This document shows, piece by piece, positions 39,663-51,208 of a stretch of 64,000 nt of DNA (the stretch's first letter is position 1; each line of letters starts with the position of its first letter). The notes under the pieces were generated by a model that was not told where the DNA came from, did not search any database, and saw nothing but the letters and a program-made list of their open reading frames with translations. The stretch spans positions 5,194,250-5,258,249 of the forward strand of contig JAHRHZ010000073.1 in NCBI GenBank assembly GCA_024137785.1. The letters run 5' to 3'. Position numbers and translations under genes: made by a program. This stretch comes from Ginglymostoma cirratum (lineage: Eukaryota).

Positions 39663-41497
39663 AAGAAGAGTATGGAGAGCCAGGTCCACCAGGTCCACCT
39701 GGATTACCAGGACCAATTGGTCCACCAGGATACCCAGGAAAGCCAGGGTTTGGGCTGCCAGGTCATCCTGGTAAGCCTGGACCACCCGGACCACAAGGAC
39801 TATCAGCTATTGGAAAACCAGGCGGCCCAGGAGAACCAGGAAAGCCAGGTGTGCCAGGGTCTCCTGGCCGAAAAGGGGATAAGGGATCTCAGGGGATGCA
39901 AGGACCTAGAGGACCTCCAGGACCTAGTGGACCACCCGGACCAGCTGGGTTATCTGTTATTGGGAAACCAGGACCTAAAGGATCACCAGGTCCTCCAGGA
40001 ACACTTGGATTTCCTGGAAGAAAAGGGGATCCAGGATACCCTGGTTTACCAGGACCAAAAGGAGATAAAGGTGTTGGAATTCCAGGACGTCCTGGTGATA
40101 AAGGTGCTCCAGGACCACGTGGTCCACAAGGACCACCTGGTCCAGAAGGTAAAGGACTCAAAGGACCCCCAGGTCACAAAGGTGAACCAGGACACAAAGG
40201 TGAAAAGGGATCACCAGGGTCCCCTGGGCATCCAGGTAAGCCAGGCCAAGATGGTCCACCAGGACCACCTGGTAAAGATGGAATTGGGAGGCCTGGAATA
40301 CAGGGACCACGAGGAGTTCCTGGAATGAAGGGTCACCCTGGTCTGCAAGGTTTGCCAGGTTCACCTGGGTTGCCAGGTGTCGGAAAGCCAGGCCTTCCAG
40401 GACTCAAAGGACACCCAGGTTCTCCTGGATTGACGGGAAAGCCTGGAGATAAAGGAGAGAAAGGATCATCTGGAGAACCTGGACCTCGCGGGCCTGTAGG
40501 ACCACCTGGGTCACCAGGACCAAAAGGCCCAAAAGGTCCACCAGGTAATGTTGGTGCACCAGGAGAGAAAGGTCATCCAGGACTAAGGGGTCCAGAAGGG
40601 CCTTCTGGGCCAAAAGGTGAGCCAGGATCAAAAGGTGAGCAAGGAAAACCCGGGCCTCCAGGAAAGTCAGGTGCAGAGGGTAAAAAAGGAGGACCAGGTC
40701 CATCTGGTGAAAAAGGTGATAAAGGGCCTGTTGGGCCACGTGGCAAAGCAGGGAGTCCAGGTCCTCAAGGTCCTCAAGGGCCACAAGGGCCTCCAGGTAA
40801 ACCTGGAGAGAAAGGACATCCTGGATTACCTGGTTCAGTAGGTCTAACCGGGAGTCCAGGTTCTCCAGGACACCCAGGAGTGAAAGGAGATCCTGGGGTC
40901 CCAGGACCACCGGGTCCTCAGAGTAAATTTAATGCAAAAATCATAAAGGGGCCAAGTGGTCCACCTGGACCAAAAGGAGCAATTGGTCCACCAGGCATTC
41001 CAGGAGCCCCTGGTCCAGCAGGTCCACCGGGAGAAATTATTATACCAAAAGGAAAATATGCAGGTTATAGTGGTTACATCGATTCAGGTGGCGTGGTGAG
41101 TCCTGTTCCAGCATTCACAGCCATTCTTTCTCAGCCATATCCTCACAAAGGGCAACCAATAGTGTTTGACAAGATACTGACCAATTCAAATAACAACTAT
41201 GATTCATCAAAGGGAATTTTCACATGTGAAATATCTGGTATCTACCAATTTTTTTATCATGTACATGTTAAGGAAGCAAATGTTTGGGTGGCATTATATA
41301 AAAATGATGAACCTGTAATGTACACGTATGATGAATATACACCACAATACGTTGACCATGCATCAGGAACAGCTATCTTACATTTGGATGAAAATGACAA
41401 AGTATATGTACAATTACCTGCAGAAAAGTCTAATGGTGTGTACTCTTCTGAATATATGTATTCATCATTTTCTGGGTTGTTAATAACACCATCATGA
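39663..41497 (+). CDS. col10a1: col10a1 copy 1 terminal exon: Gly-X-Y triple helix with imperfections + C1q (NC1) domain
   Basis: Acceptor tttatttttaacag|, phase 1; helix start [22 protein letters not shown] is co-linear with COL10A1; NC1 [26 protein letters not shown] fits type X better than type VIII; helix and NC1 in one exon. Confidence 0.93.
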
Positions 41498-42274
41498 TGT
41501 ATGTCAATTTAAAAAGGCAGAGTTGAGAGTTTAAATCTGACCAAGTCAGTTGAGATTACAAGGAAATTTATGAAAAATGGCATAAATATCCAACAAATGT
41601 CAGTGCAAAAAAAAAAACACAGAAATTTAACATTACTATATTGATCAAAAAATCATAATTGCTGAAGGCAAGATTATTTAATCTCATAGCGTTTGTGCAG
41701 ATTGAACAGATAGTTTCTGATATACTTCTAAAAAAGTCAGTTTTTAATATGCATTCTTGCCAATTGGTCACTGCAAATTTTTGTTTTTAAGAGTATCTAA
41801 CGATATCACAGATCATTTTATAATGTCCTCCCACACAACGTTTTTGCCTCAGGGTACTCGCTTTCTTAGCATTCCTGCAAACAATATATGTTAACGTTAA
41901 AAGTATGTTACTCGCCACAGGAAATGGCAGTTTTGGGCTGCATTTACATTACAATTGCAGCATCAGTGAAAAGCAGTTTTGAAGTCATAGTGGACATCTG
42001 GAAATCTCACATTAACTTCACCCCAAAATTAGGACAAACCTAAGATTCTCATTACAACTTTAGAGTTGGCATGACGCAAAACTGTTTTGCGCAAATGCTA
42101 GTTACAATGTAACCTCAGCCTCAAGTGTAATCTTAAACTGTACTCATTGTCTTCCAACTAAAATCAGTCTACAATATCTATTTTAATTTACTACTTGAGG
42201 TTTTAGGATGTAAAGGCTCAGAATATGTTGTATAATTTTCATATTTTAGTTAACACTATTAGTTCTTCAACAGC

Positions 42275-42336
42275 AATAAATATTAATGATTCCATTGTTC
42301 TGTTTATAACATGACTTTTCTTCAAAACCAAATAAA
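42275..42336 (+). other. Candidate polyadenylation signals (AATAAA at 42275 and 42331) closing an ~0.8-kb 3' UTR
   Basis: First AATAAA hexamers I found after the stop codon; followed by GT/T-rich sequence. Confidence 0.5.
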
Positions 42337-42619
42337 CATCAAATGTAAACAGTGATTTTTCTTAATGACTATACTGGAAATGAGAATTTATTAAAATTTC
42401 AAGTCATATTACTAATAGGAGATTTTGTGTGTAAGTAAATGATATCCTGTATAACTTTGTTTATATATAATTTAACTCCTGTTCGTGTAAGCATCTATGT
42501 TACGCATTAATTTTATAATACTGAGCATGTTTGTGTTTGATTTTAGAACAGAATGAACATGTTAGATGTTATACCAACTACACAGTATTGAACTGCTGGA
42601 ATAAGCAAGAGCAATATAT

Positions 42620-42850
42620 TAAGAACTGCAGATGCTGGAAATCTGAAAAAGACAGGCAGAAATTGATGGAGAAACTCAGCACGTCTAGCAGCATCTGGAG
42701 ACAGAAAACAGATTTAATGTTTCAAATCCAGTGACCCCTCATCAGAGCTGTTCTGATGATGAAGGGTCACTGGACTTGAACTGTTCATGCTGCATTTCCT
42801 CCAGAGATGCTGTCAGACCCTGCTGAGTTTCTCCAAATATTTCTGCATTT
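42620..42850. mobile_element. Palindromic Penelope-like insert
   Basis: Inverted arms centred on ~42745; ctgatga...gggtcactggacttgaa hammerhead-like remnant. Confidence 0.65.
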
Positions 42851-45139
42851 CAAGCTCTGGAATATGTTCTCACCCAATGATTGCTTGTTGACTGTGCAAA
42901 CTGAAAGTCTGCTAAATCTTCAGTGAGATGCTGATCGAGCAGAACACAATACCACCCATTAACCTGCTCATCATACTAAATTTGCCAAACAACTGGTCTT
43001 CTTAAAGCTCAAAGATGCTGTCATTTAAATTTGCACCACCTACACACAGGTGAAACACTTTCATAATTTCTAAGCGGAGTCCTTTTTTATCTTTAATGTA
43101 GAAAACTTGCAACACTTGCAACCTAATTATCACATTTATCATATATAAGCATATAATTATTCAGTGTCCCAGTCTGGGGCAGAATCACCTGTGCATCTAA
43201 AAGAATCTGTACTTCTGCAGAGACATGAAATCCCCTTCTGTCTATCTGCAATATCCACATTTTAAACTATCTTTGCCCAGAACAATTAATGGAATTTAAA
43301 GAAGTATTCAAAACTGTGCAGTAAAATAACTAGACTTAAAACCACAAAATGTAAAATGCTTATGACTGATTCTATGTTGCTATTGCAAAGAGAAGAGAGA
43401 GTAGGCCAGGAGGAATAGTGTAAAAAAAGCTATGATGCACCATACATCATATTTCCCATCTGTTGTTCGACTTTCACATAATATTATGTATAACAAAGTT
43501 GCAATACAAAAACACTTGCTGGGGTTATAAAGCCCTACATCTTTGGCCAGTCTGAAATAATCATCTAAGTTGTGAAGTCAAGCTGATGATTTTAGAAGAA
43601 ACAACAGAACATATTATCTGCTTGTAATATGATTGATAAATGTTACTCAGAGTTCCTTCTGCAAATGTATGATTACTGAGGGAGTCACATGTCTTCTTTT
43701 GAGTCAAATAAAGTGTTTTATCAGATATTGTTAAACAATTGACTTCTAGTAAATCTTTTGCCCCTGTGGAAACTATTAGGGCTTTGCGTGAGCTTGAAAG
43801 AAACAATGCCCCGATGAAAATAGAAGCTGATAGCAAAAACTTTCCCAGTGACAGTTTGAAATAAGGGAAACACAAATTTTGGCAAAAGTGACGTAGGTGA
43901 AGAGGTTAATTTCCATCTGCAATATGGAAGTCCGCAACCAATCTGTGAAATTCGGTCTAATGTGAAGACTTAGAAGGTTAGACAATTAAGCTCATGGGAA
44001 TTCACTGATTTCAAAAGTCCACAAGCAAATTCAATCTATATTTGAAAAATCTGAGAAGAAAAATGTTCATTGGGACAATTTAAAAGCACAATCAAAATGA
44101 ATGGATCACCATTTGACAAACTAACAATAATGACTGCAGTAACCACTTTCCTTTAGGTTTGATCCAGAGGTCAGAAGTTTTGGGATATGCATACATACTT
44201 CAACTTCACGTCAAAACTATTCTTGTATGGCACAGAAAACAGAATCCCTTTCCTCATGGAGGCCTCATCCCAACCTTACGGAATCTTTCTTTGCCTGGCC
44301 CAGGCCTGACTCCATTTCCAGCTAGGTGGATGACACTTAGCACATTTGGACTTTCAGGAATTGGCTATGTATGCTGATTAGCAAGTACAGCTTGTAACCA
44401 AGGAACAAATAAAAATCACTTTCAAACTGGGCGACTAGGAGGAGAGGGCATCTCACAGCTATCAAACACCCCAGCTCATATTTTCCTTTAGAAACATTAT
44501 TTTTTTCCATCAACTCAGAATATCTTGTCACCCAAGCCAACGAACACATTACTGCAATTTCATTAAAAATCAGAGATCGTCTTGTCTGTATAATATTTCA
44601 AGATGCAAATCTCCACTATTGAAATTCACGTCATTTCAGCATGACTGATGTAGTGACAATGGAAACAGTTGACAGGTTACATCAGATCAGTATTTGAAAA
44701 AGAAAATCATCTTGATTTGGAAGCAAAATGGGAACAAAGGATTAGTTTACTTCTCATGTGGACAATAAACACAAAAACGAACGGAATGGACTAAACAGCC
44801 CGTTTCCACCTTGAAATTTCTATGCAAACTATACAAATCAAGAGGAATTTATTTAGAAAAATACACACCAAAAGTGAAAAATTCATTGCAACAAACTACG
44901 TCTGCCTTCCATACTATATATACATTACATGCATTATTCAGATGTACAACTGGAAGAATTCCAATACCCAGTTTCTTTTTAAAACAATGCACAAAAAGAA
45001 AGATTAAATGTGTACAAATAGGTTACATTCTCACATTCCAATCACTTAATCTAAACTATCAACATCCTTTCTCCCTTACCACTCCAACCCACCCGCTCTG
45101 CCCACTATTGCATAAATTCTTTCCCCGCCGTACTTCACT

Positions 45140-45272
45140 TCAGCTCTGATGACAAGTTATTTATACTAGAAACGTTAACTTGATTTCTCTCCATGGATGC
45201 TCCCTGACTGGCTGTGATCTCCAGCATTTTTTGTTTTCAGTACAGATTCCAGCATCTGCAGTAATTTGCTCC
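45140..45272 (+). mobile_element. Single arm of Penelope-like element
   Basis: ctctgatgac...gaaacgttaac...ctctccatggatgct...ccagcatctgcagtaatttgct. Confidence 0.6.
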
Positions 45273-48229
45273 TCCATCAAATAGGTAGGCTTGAATTTCT
45301 AAATTCCTGCAGATATAATTATTCCACCTCATATTTCCAAAATAATTCTGAATATTTTTGTGTGTATGGCCCTCCAAAATCTAATGATCTCTGGCATACA
45401 GTGCTGCTAATAAACAGTGAGCTTGACACTAAATGCACCTTTTCAAAGCAGAACAGAAACATTTGGGTCAAGTGTAAGATTTGAGGAATCCTACATACTG
45501 CGAATAAGATCTCCATATATAGTTGTCTGACCCAGAGATTTCAGATATTTAACAGTAAAATACATTGCAATTAAATAAAAATTTGCACTGGTATCTGATG
45601 TACTTTTCTCACTACAATATCAATCACAGCCAACACCTTGTTCTTCTCAATGCATGAATTGCCAACCCATTTGAAGCAGTCCTTTAAACTTAATTGATCA
45701 ATAATCACAAAATACTGGTCAAGAGAGCATTACGTTACCTGCTATTAGTGATTTGTGTATTAAAATTGAAGACCCTTCTACAAAAGCAAAGCTTTGCCCT
45801 CTCCTACAATAGCCACCTAGTTTGAAAATAATTTTTTATTTGCTCCATGGGTACAAGCGGCACTTGCTAATCAGCATGCGTGGCCAATTCCTGAAAGTCC
45901 AAATACACTAAGAGTTGACTGCATGGCTGAGAATGGAGTCAGGCACAGGCCAGGCAAAGAACGATTCTGCAAGGTTGGGATGAGGCCTCCGTGAAGAAAG
46001 GGATTCTATTTTCTGATCCATACAAGAATAGTTTTGGCATTAAGTTTAAGTATGCATGCATATCACTAATTTTGAACATAATTGCTTTTATTACTGTTTT
46101 TTTATAATTAGAGTTTTGACTGAGTTTTCCATGGTTAACGCATACCTTCTCATCTTTTAGGTTGTTTTTTTGCTGAAAAATGGATTATATTATCAGGTCT
46201 ATTGATTGCCTCAACATCATCGTTCTGGAGAAATCAGGTTGTTCTTTCATATACATCCCTACCCTCTCCTTACGCTGCCTTATCATCCTATTCTAATCAA
46301 TCTCTCCTTTGATAATATTTTAATGAATATTCTGAGTATAGTATAAAAACAGAAGGTACTGTAAATTCATAGTTGCTCAGTCAGCATTCACAAACAGAAA
46401 AGAGAAGTTTGAACATTTTGGGAGTGCCTTAACTTTTCTCCTCACAAATATTGACTGAGTTCTCGTGCAGTTATATAAATTTTTTACTTTTTTTCCAGAG
46501 TGTTTATTATTATTGTCGGTTTTACTGGCTTTGTACATGTATACATGACACTGATCTGTAGTCTTGACAGGAACAACTATAACTTGCCTATGAGAAAGTG
46601 CAAGGTTTATTCCATTCCTGTTGCAGGGGTTGCTCTGTAGCTCTTTTCTTTCTTAAAAGAAGTGCTTTCTAGACTTGACTTGAGTTGCTTCGGTGGTAGT
46701 GCTCCTGCCTCTATACAAGCAAACCTCTGGTTCAAGTTTCACTCCAGTACCTGTTGGCTATGTAGAGTTTATACAGTTTAATGCAGGTCAGCCTACAAAA
46801 TCCATCCAAAACTGCACACACTCTCCAAGGGAGAAGATTGAGTAGTCACGCACAGCAACAATATAAGGATTCATTTTCTGACACTAAACCTATCATGTAT
46901 CACTTATTCCTCCTTCCCCTACAATTCTATATATGCCTAAAAACTGAAGATTTTGTCTGTGTCTAATATTAAAAATGTCAGCTACTGGGTCATATCAGTC
47001 TTCACCCTTAAGTAAGTGTTTCACTACAATTCTATTTTGTCAGGTTGATAAGCTAACTATGGATTTATGATTGTTTCTTTGTAGTACAGGCATTGTGCAA
47101 AGAATGTGAGCTGAGTTTGATAATAATGGAAGATGAGGAAAAGCAGAGTTTTGTCAAAAAAGCCACTTAGCTAATTCCTCTAATACTGTGCTATACTTAG
47201 GAATACTCATAGTTTGACTTTGATAGATTGTTTCCTGATATTTATTCTAGATTTGCAATTCAGCCATTTCTCTCTGTCTTTTTGCATTAACTGAATATTC
47301 TTTAAAGTAATAAGATAGCTTCACCTGATCAATACCATTTAAGATTTTATATACTTTTTAAAAGACCGTATAGGCTTCTCATAGCTTTTCTTTTTGCTTT
47401 GGAAGAAATCATCACACTGATAAGACAAATCTTATCAGTTTTGTCACTCTTTTCTCCATCCATTCCAAACAAGTACCGATTTTTCAGACATTTGTCCGTG
47501 AAGGATAAACGTTTTGTCAAGTTTGATGAGTCTCCACTTTTAGTAGAACACTGGAATTTCTGGGGCACCCCTTTAAGATGTGCAAAAAGCAAAGGTCACC
47601 CTGCACAAGGCAAGATCTATTTTTACAGTCCCGCGAATTAGGCAGCAGCAGGGAATTCCTTCCTCCGATCATGTTTTTCCTTAACAAATTCTTGCTGGAT
47701 GCTGGAGGAAACATGACGTGGTCACCTCAAACACCAACTGACCAACAATCATGTAGCGATCCTGAATCTAAAGCAAAGATTTTAAGAAGTATACCTCACT
47801 GTCTTTGAGAACTCTCATCCTTGATCTAATCAGGAGCCAGAAGTCAAACTTCTTGCATATCTAACATTAGAATATTTTCAAATACTCCAATGGCATTTCC
47901 CTTGTCCCTCATTAGAATCTTCCGAATAAGTCAACATAATACGGAAAAATACCCCACTAAATGTTGGAATTAATTATTTCACAAGAATTTCATTTATTCT
48001 CTTTAGAAAAAAAATTCTCCAGGACTCCACCGCAGTCACTACTGAAGAATAAAAGCCAGTATCTTTCCTTCTTATTTATGCCCTTGTTGGTGATCATGAT
48101 TGGATTAATTTTTTTGTCTCCTCCTCTTTAAAAAGGTCCTGAATCCTTGCCAGGATAGGACTCCACAGATCTTCAGCAACTGGCCCAAAGATCACCCATT
48201 CTTTTAAACTAACTCAAACCACTTTCCAC

Positions 48230-48435
48230 CACTCCAATTAGTTAAGCCTTAAGCTTCAAAATTCCCACCCTCAACTTTTAAGAACCAAGCTTTTGGTTAC
48301 CTTTGTTAACAATTAATTCATTAACTTTCTTCATTATGCGGCTTGTTGAAAACATTTGTTTGATAATGCTCTTTGTAAAGTATCTTCTGACGTTTTGCTA
48401 CCTTACATATGCTATATAACCGCAAGATGCTGTTC
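48230..48435 (+). mobile_element. L2-like LINE 3' tail
   Basis: Tail ...gacgttttgctacct...tgctatataac.gcaagatgctgtt, related in reverse to 915-985. Confidence 0.45.
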
Positions 48436-50992
48436 TCAATCTCAACAACATTAACATAGGCAAAATCACAGCCGGAACCAACAACAGCTGTGGTGCAGCC
48501 CTGTTTGAGAAAGTGTTCAGTCCAAGTTCATAGGGCCAAAATATTTGCTGTGCCCTGGCTTCAGCATTCATTCAGATCTAGCAATACAGTCAAGATTGAA
48601 AGTAAAACCTCACACCCCTACATATACGCCTACATAGTTTCTTGCACTAAGTTGTGTGATATTATCAGGCTGGGCTGCTTTACATTTCTCCCTTTTATCA
48701 GTTTTGCTTATCACATTTTATCGAAGTTATCATATTAATTAATGATGGAAATGTCCGCAATGATAGAAACTTCGACACTCTTGTATCTCACAATTATTGA
48801 GTTGCTCTTTCAAAGGTCACGAGTATCAAACATGTTTTACAGAACTCCCAGTAATATGTCGGTCAGATTGCTAGACTGACTTCTTCTGAGATTAATAGCA
48901 GTTAGCTATATCTGCTTGTTGTGTTTATTTTGAATTTCCCCGAATTGCTTTGACTGATTCAGCTCTGTTTGATATTGTAGGCTCACGATGGTGGTTTGGC
49001 TGCTGTCCTAGTGGCTGTGAACTTGGTTTTTGCTTTTGGATTGACCTTCACATGATGACGTCTTCATGGACAATTTTGGCATGAAAGGAGTACACAATAT
49101 AATTGTATACTACTAGTTGTTTACTTTATACTTAAATACTCGAAGTTCAAATCACATAACTTTGGATCTGACTTCTATTAAACTGAAATTGATCAATTAA
49201 TAAGCACTGAAATAACGTGATGCAATGCACTGAAAGGATTTTGTCTACTCCTCCTCTCCCTGACACACAATAAAATGGGCACTTATTCAATTCATTCTTC
49301 TTTATTTTGAAGCCATGTCAAGATTTAGAATTTGAGGGGAGAAAGGATGGGAATATGCATCATACAAGACAACATTATGATATGATTGAAGCCGAAAGCA
49401 TTAATTGTTATAAATACGAAGACAAATAAGATGGAAATACATTTTCAGAACACAATAGCAGAAATGCTTAATCGTCGCTCAAAAGATTTCAAATCACGAG
49501 CTCTGGTCAACCACCCCAAAAAAAAAAAATCATAACTCTCTCCTTGGCTAAATTATCCAGCATTTTGGAGCTATGCTGGATGGTAAAGATAATCTTAGAA
49601 ATTAGTATCCTAGCTCGTGATATTTAATTCTCATTGACTGCACCGCCAAAATCACTCCTTCCACAACTGAAATATTGCCAATTTCTGGTATTACCTCGAC
49701 CCCAGTGAGGCAGAGGTTCTGTTTTTTCATATTTTCTAATCAACCTGTTCAGAGATGTTGTGACACACCTCTGAAACAGGCGAGTCTTGAACTCGGGTCT
49801 GCTGGCTCGGAGGTAGGGAGACTACATGAGACCACAACTGTTTGGTTACTTCAGGAACTATTTTCTCCTATGATCTTCACACAGATCTCCAATAACCCAC
49901 CTGCAGGTTCTTAATACAACAAAACACTGCCCACTCAGTTTTAAATCCTCCACTGTCTACATGCTAGAAAGCATCCTACATGCTTTTTATTCTAGTTAAT
50001 GGCTCTCTTCTACCATGGTACAGCTTTCAGCAAAAGCAAAGCTTTGAAATTCACTGCCCTAACCACATTTTCCTTACCGCTGCTTTTCTCACTTTCAAAA
50101 GTTCTCTCAATATTTACTTCTTCAAGCATACGTTCTGTTACCTTCTTTAATATCTCTCACATTACTTGACATCTTCCATTCCCCTTCAATTTTTTGCAAA
50201 TGTAACTTTTTGAAAGACTAAACAACAGTAAACATTACTTTGGGATAACAACTGTTTTTGTATTAAATTTTCCAACAACATGTACAAATCTTATTCACTA
50301 TTGGATTATACTGTACAAGAGCCAATAAGGAAAACTGAATGGCAAGGGTTAAATCAAATAGGGGAATCAATCTCACAACATTTACCTGGTAAGCACTTGC
50401 AGAACTGCATAAAAATCAAAGAGATCATCTCTCATTCTTCTAAACTTGATAGTGTTCCAGTCAATCTTCTCTCAAAGCAATTCTCTCATCCCAAGAATCA
50501 ATTTAGTGAGCTTTCATTGCACTCTCTAAGGCATCCTTTCCTTAGGCACCAAGAACAAAACTGAATATGAGAAATCCATTTGTTTCTCTTTCCCTATGCA
50601 TATTATGTTGCTCAGATCTGACTACAAGACTGACCACTTCAGTCCCAAAATAACAAACAAACTAGTTATGCTGACTCATAGATATAAATTGTGCCAAATA
50701 TCTTGTCAATTGAATATGCTGCCATGTGCACTTTTAATTGATTTTTTTTTGTCTGCTCTTTATAATGTCATACTGTTGATGAACTCAAAGTACAACAATG
50801 TAAAACAATTTGGGAGATGGGAACATGCAAGTAAAATTGAATAGCATGCTCGACATGTATAAATAAGAAATTACTGAAAATTTATGTGGTGAAAACCGAT
50901 CTTGAAAAATATGATCAACCCAGCCTTACAGCACACCCTCAATACTGCAATGGAGGATCAACTCTATGGAGTTGGTCTTGAATCTCAAGTCA

Positions 50993-51208
50993 AGAACAAA
51001 ATCACAAGTTGCTGGAAATGCTCAGCAGGTCTGGCAGCATCTGAGAAGAAAAAAAATCAGAATTAACGTTTCAGGTAAAGTGACCCTTCCTCAGCACAGT
51101 TCTGAAACATTAATTGATATTTTTCTTCACAGATGCTGCCAGGCCTGCTGAGCTTTTCCAGCAACTTCTGTTTTTGTTCCTGATTTACAGATCCGCACTT
51201 CTTACGGT
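50993..51208. mobile_element. Palindromic Penelope-like insert with 15-bp TSD
   Basis: ttgaatctcaagtca 50978-50992 / ttgaatcccaagtca 51209-51223; long inverted arms. Confidence 0.75.

Noticed and set aside
39851-39853. ORF-track start for the 548-aa collagen ORF
   Set aside because: It is an internal GTG. The frame is open back to the splice acceptor at 39663, and the true ATG is at 15298.
39549-40910. Several ORFs overlapping the collagen exon (39549-, 39672+, 39889-, 40158-, 40404-, 40617+), one with Gly-Pro repeats on the minus strand
   Set aside because: Shadow ORFs caused by GGN/CCN codon symmetry of collagen sequence.
39663-41497. Assignment as COL8A1/COL8A2 or otolin
   Set aside because: NC1 residues (FDKIL, HVHVK, YDEYT, SNG.YSSEY) and the SLNLV.G signal peptide match type X.
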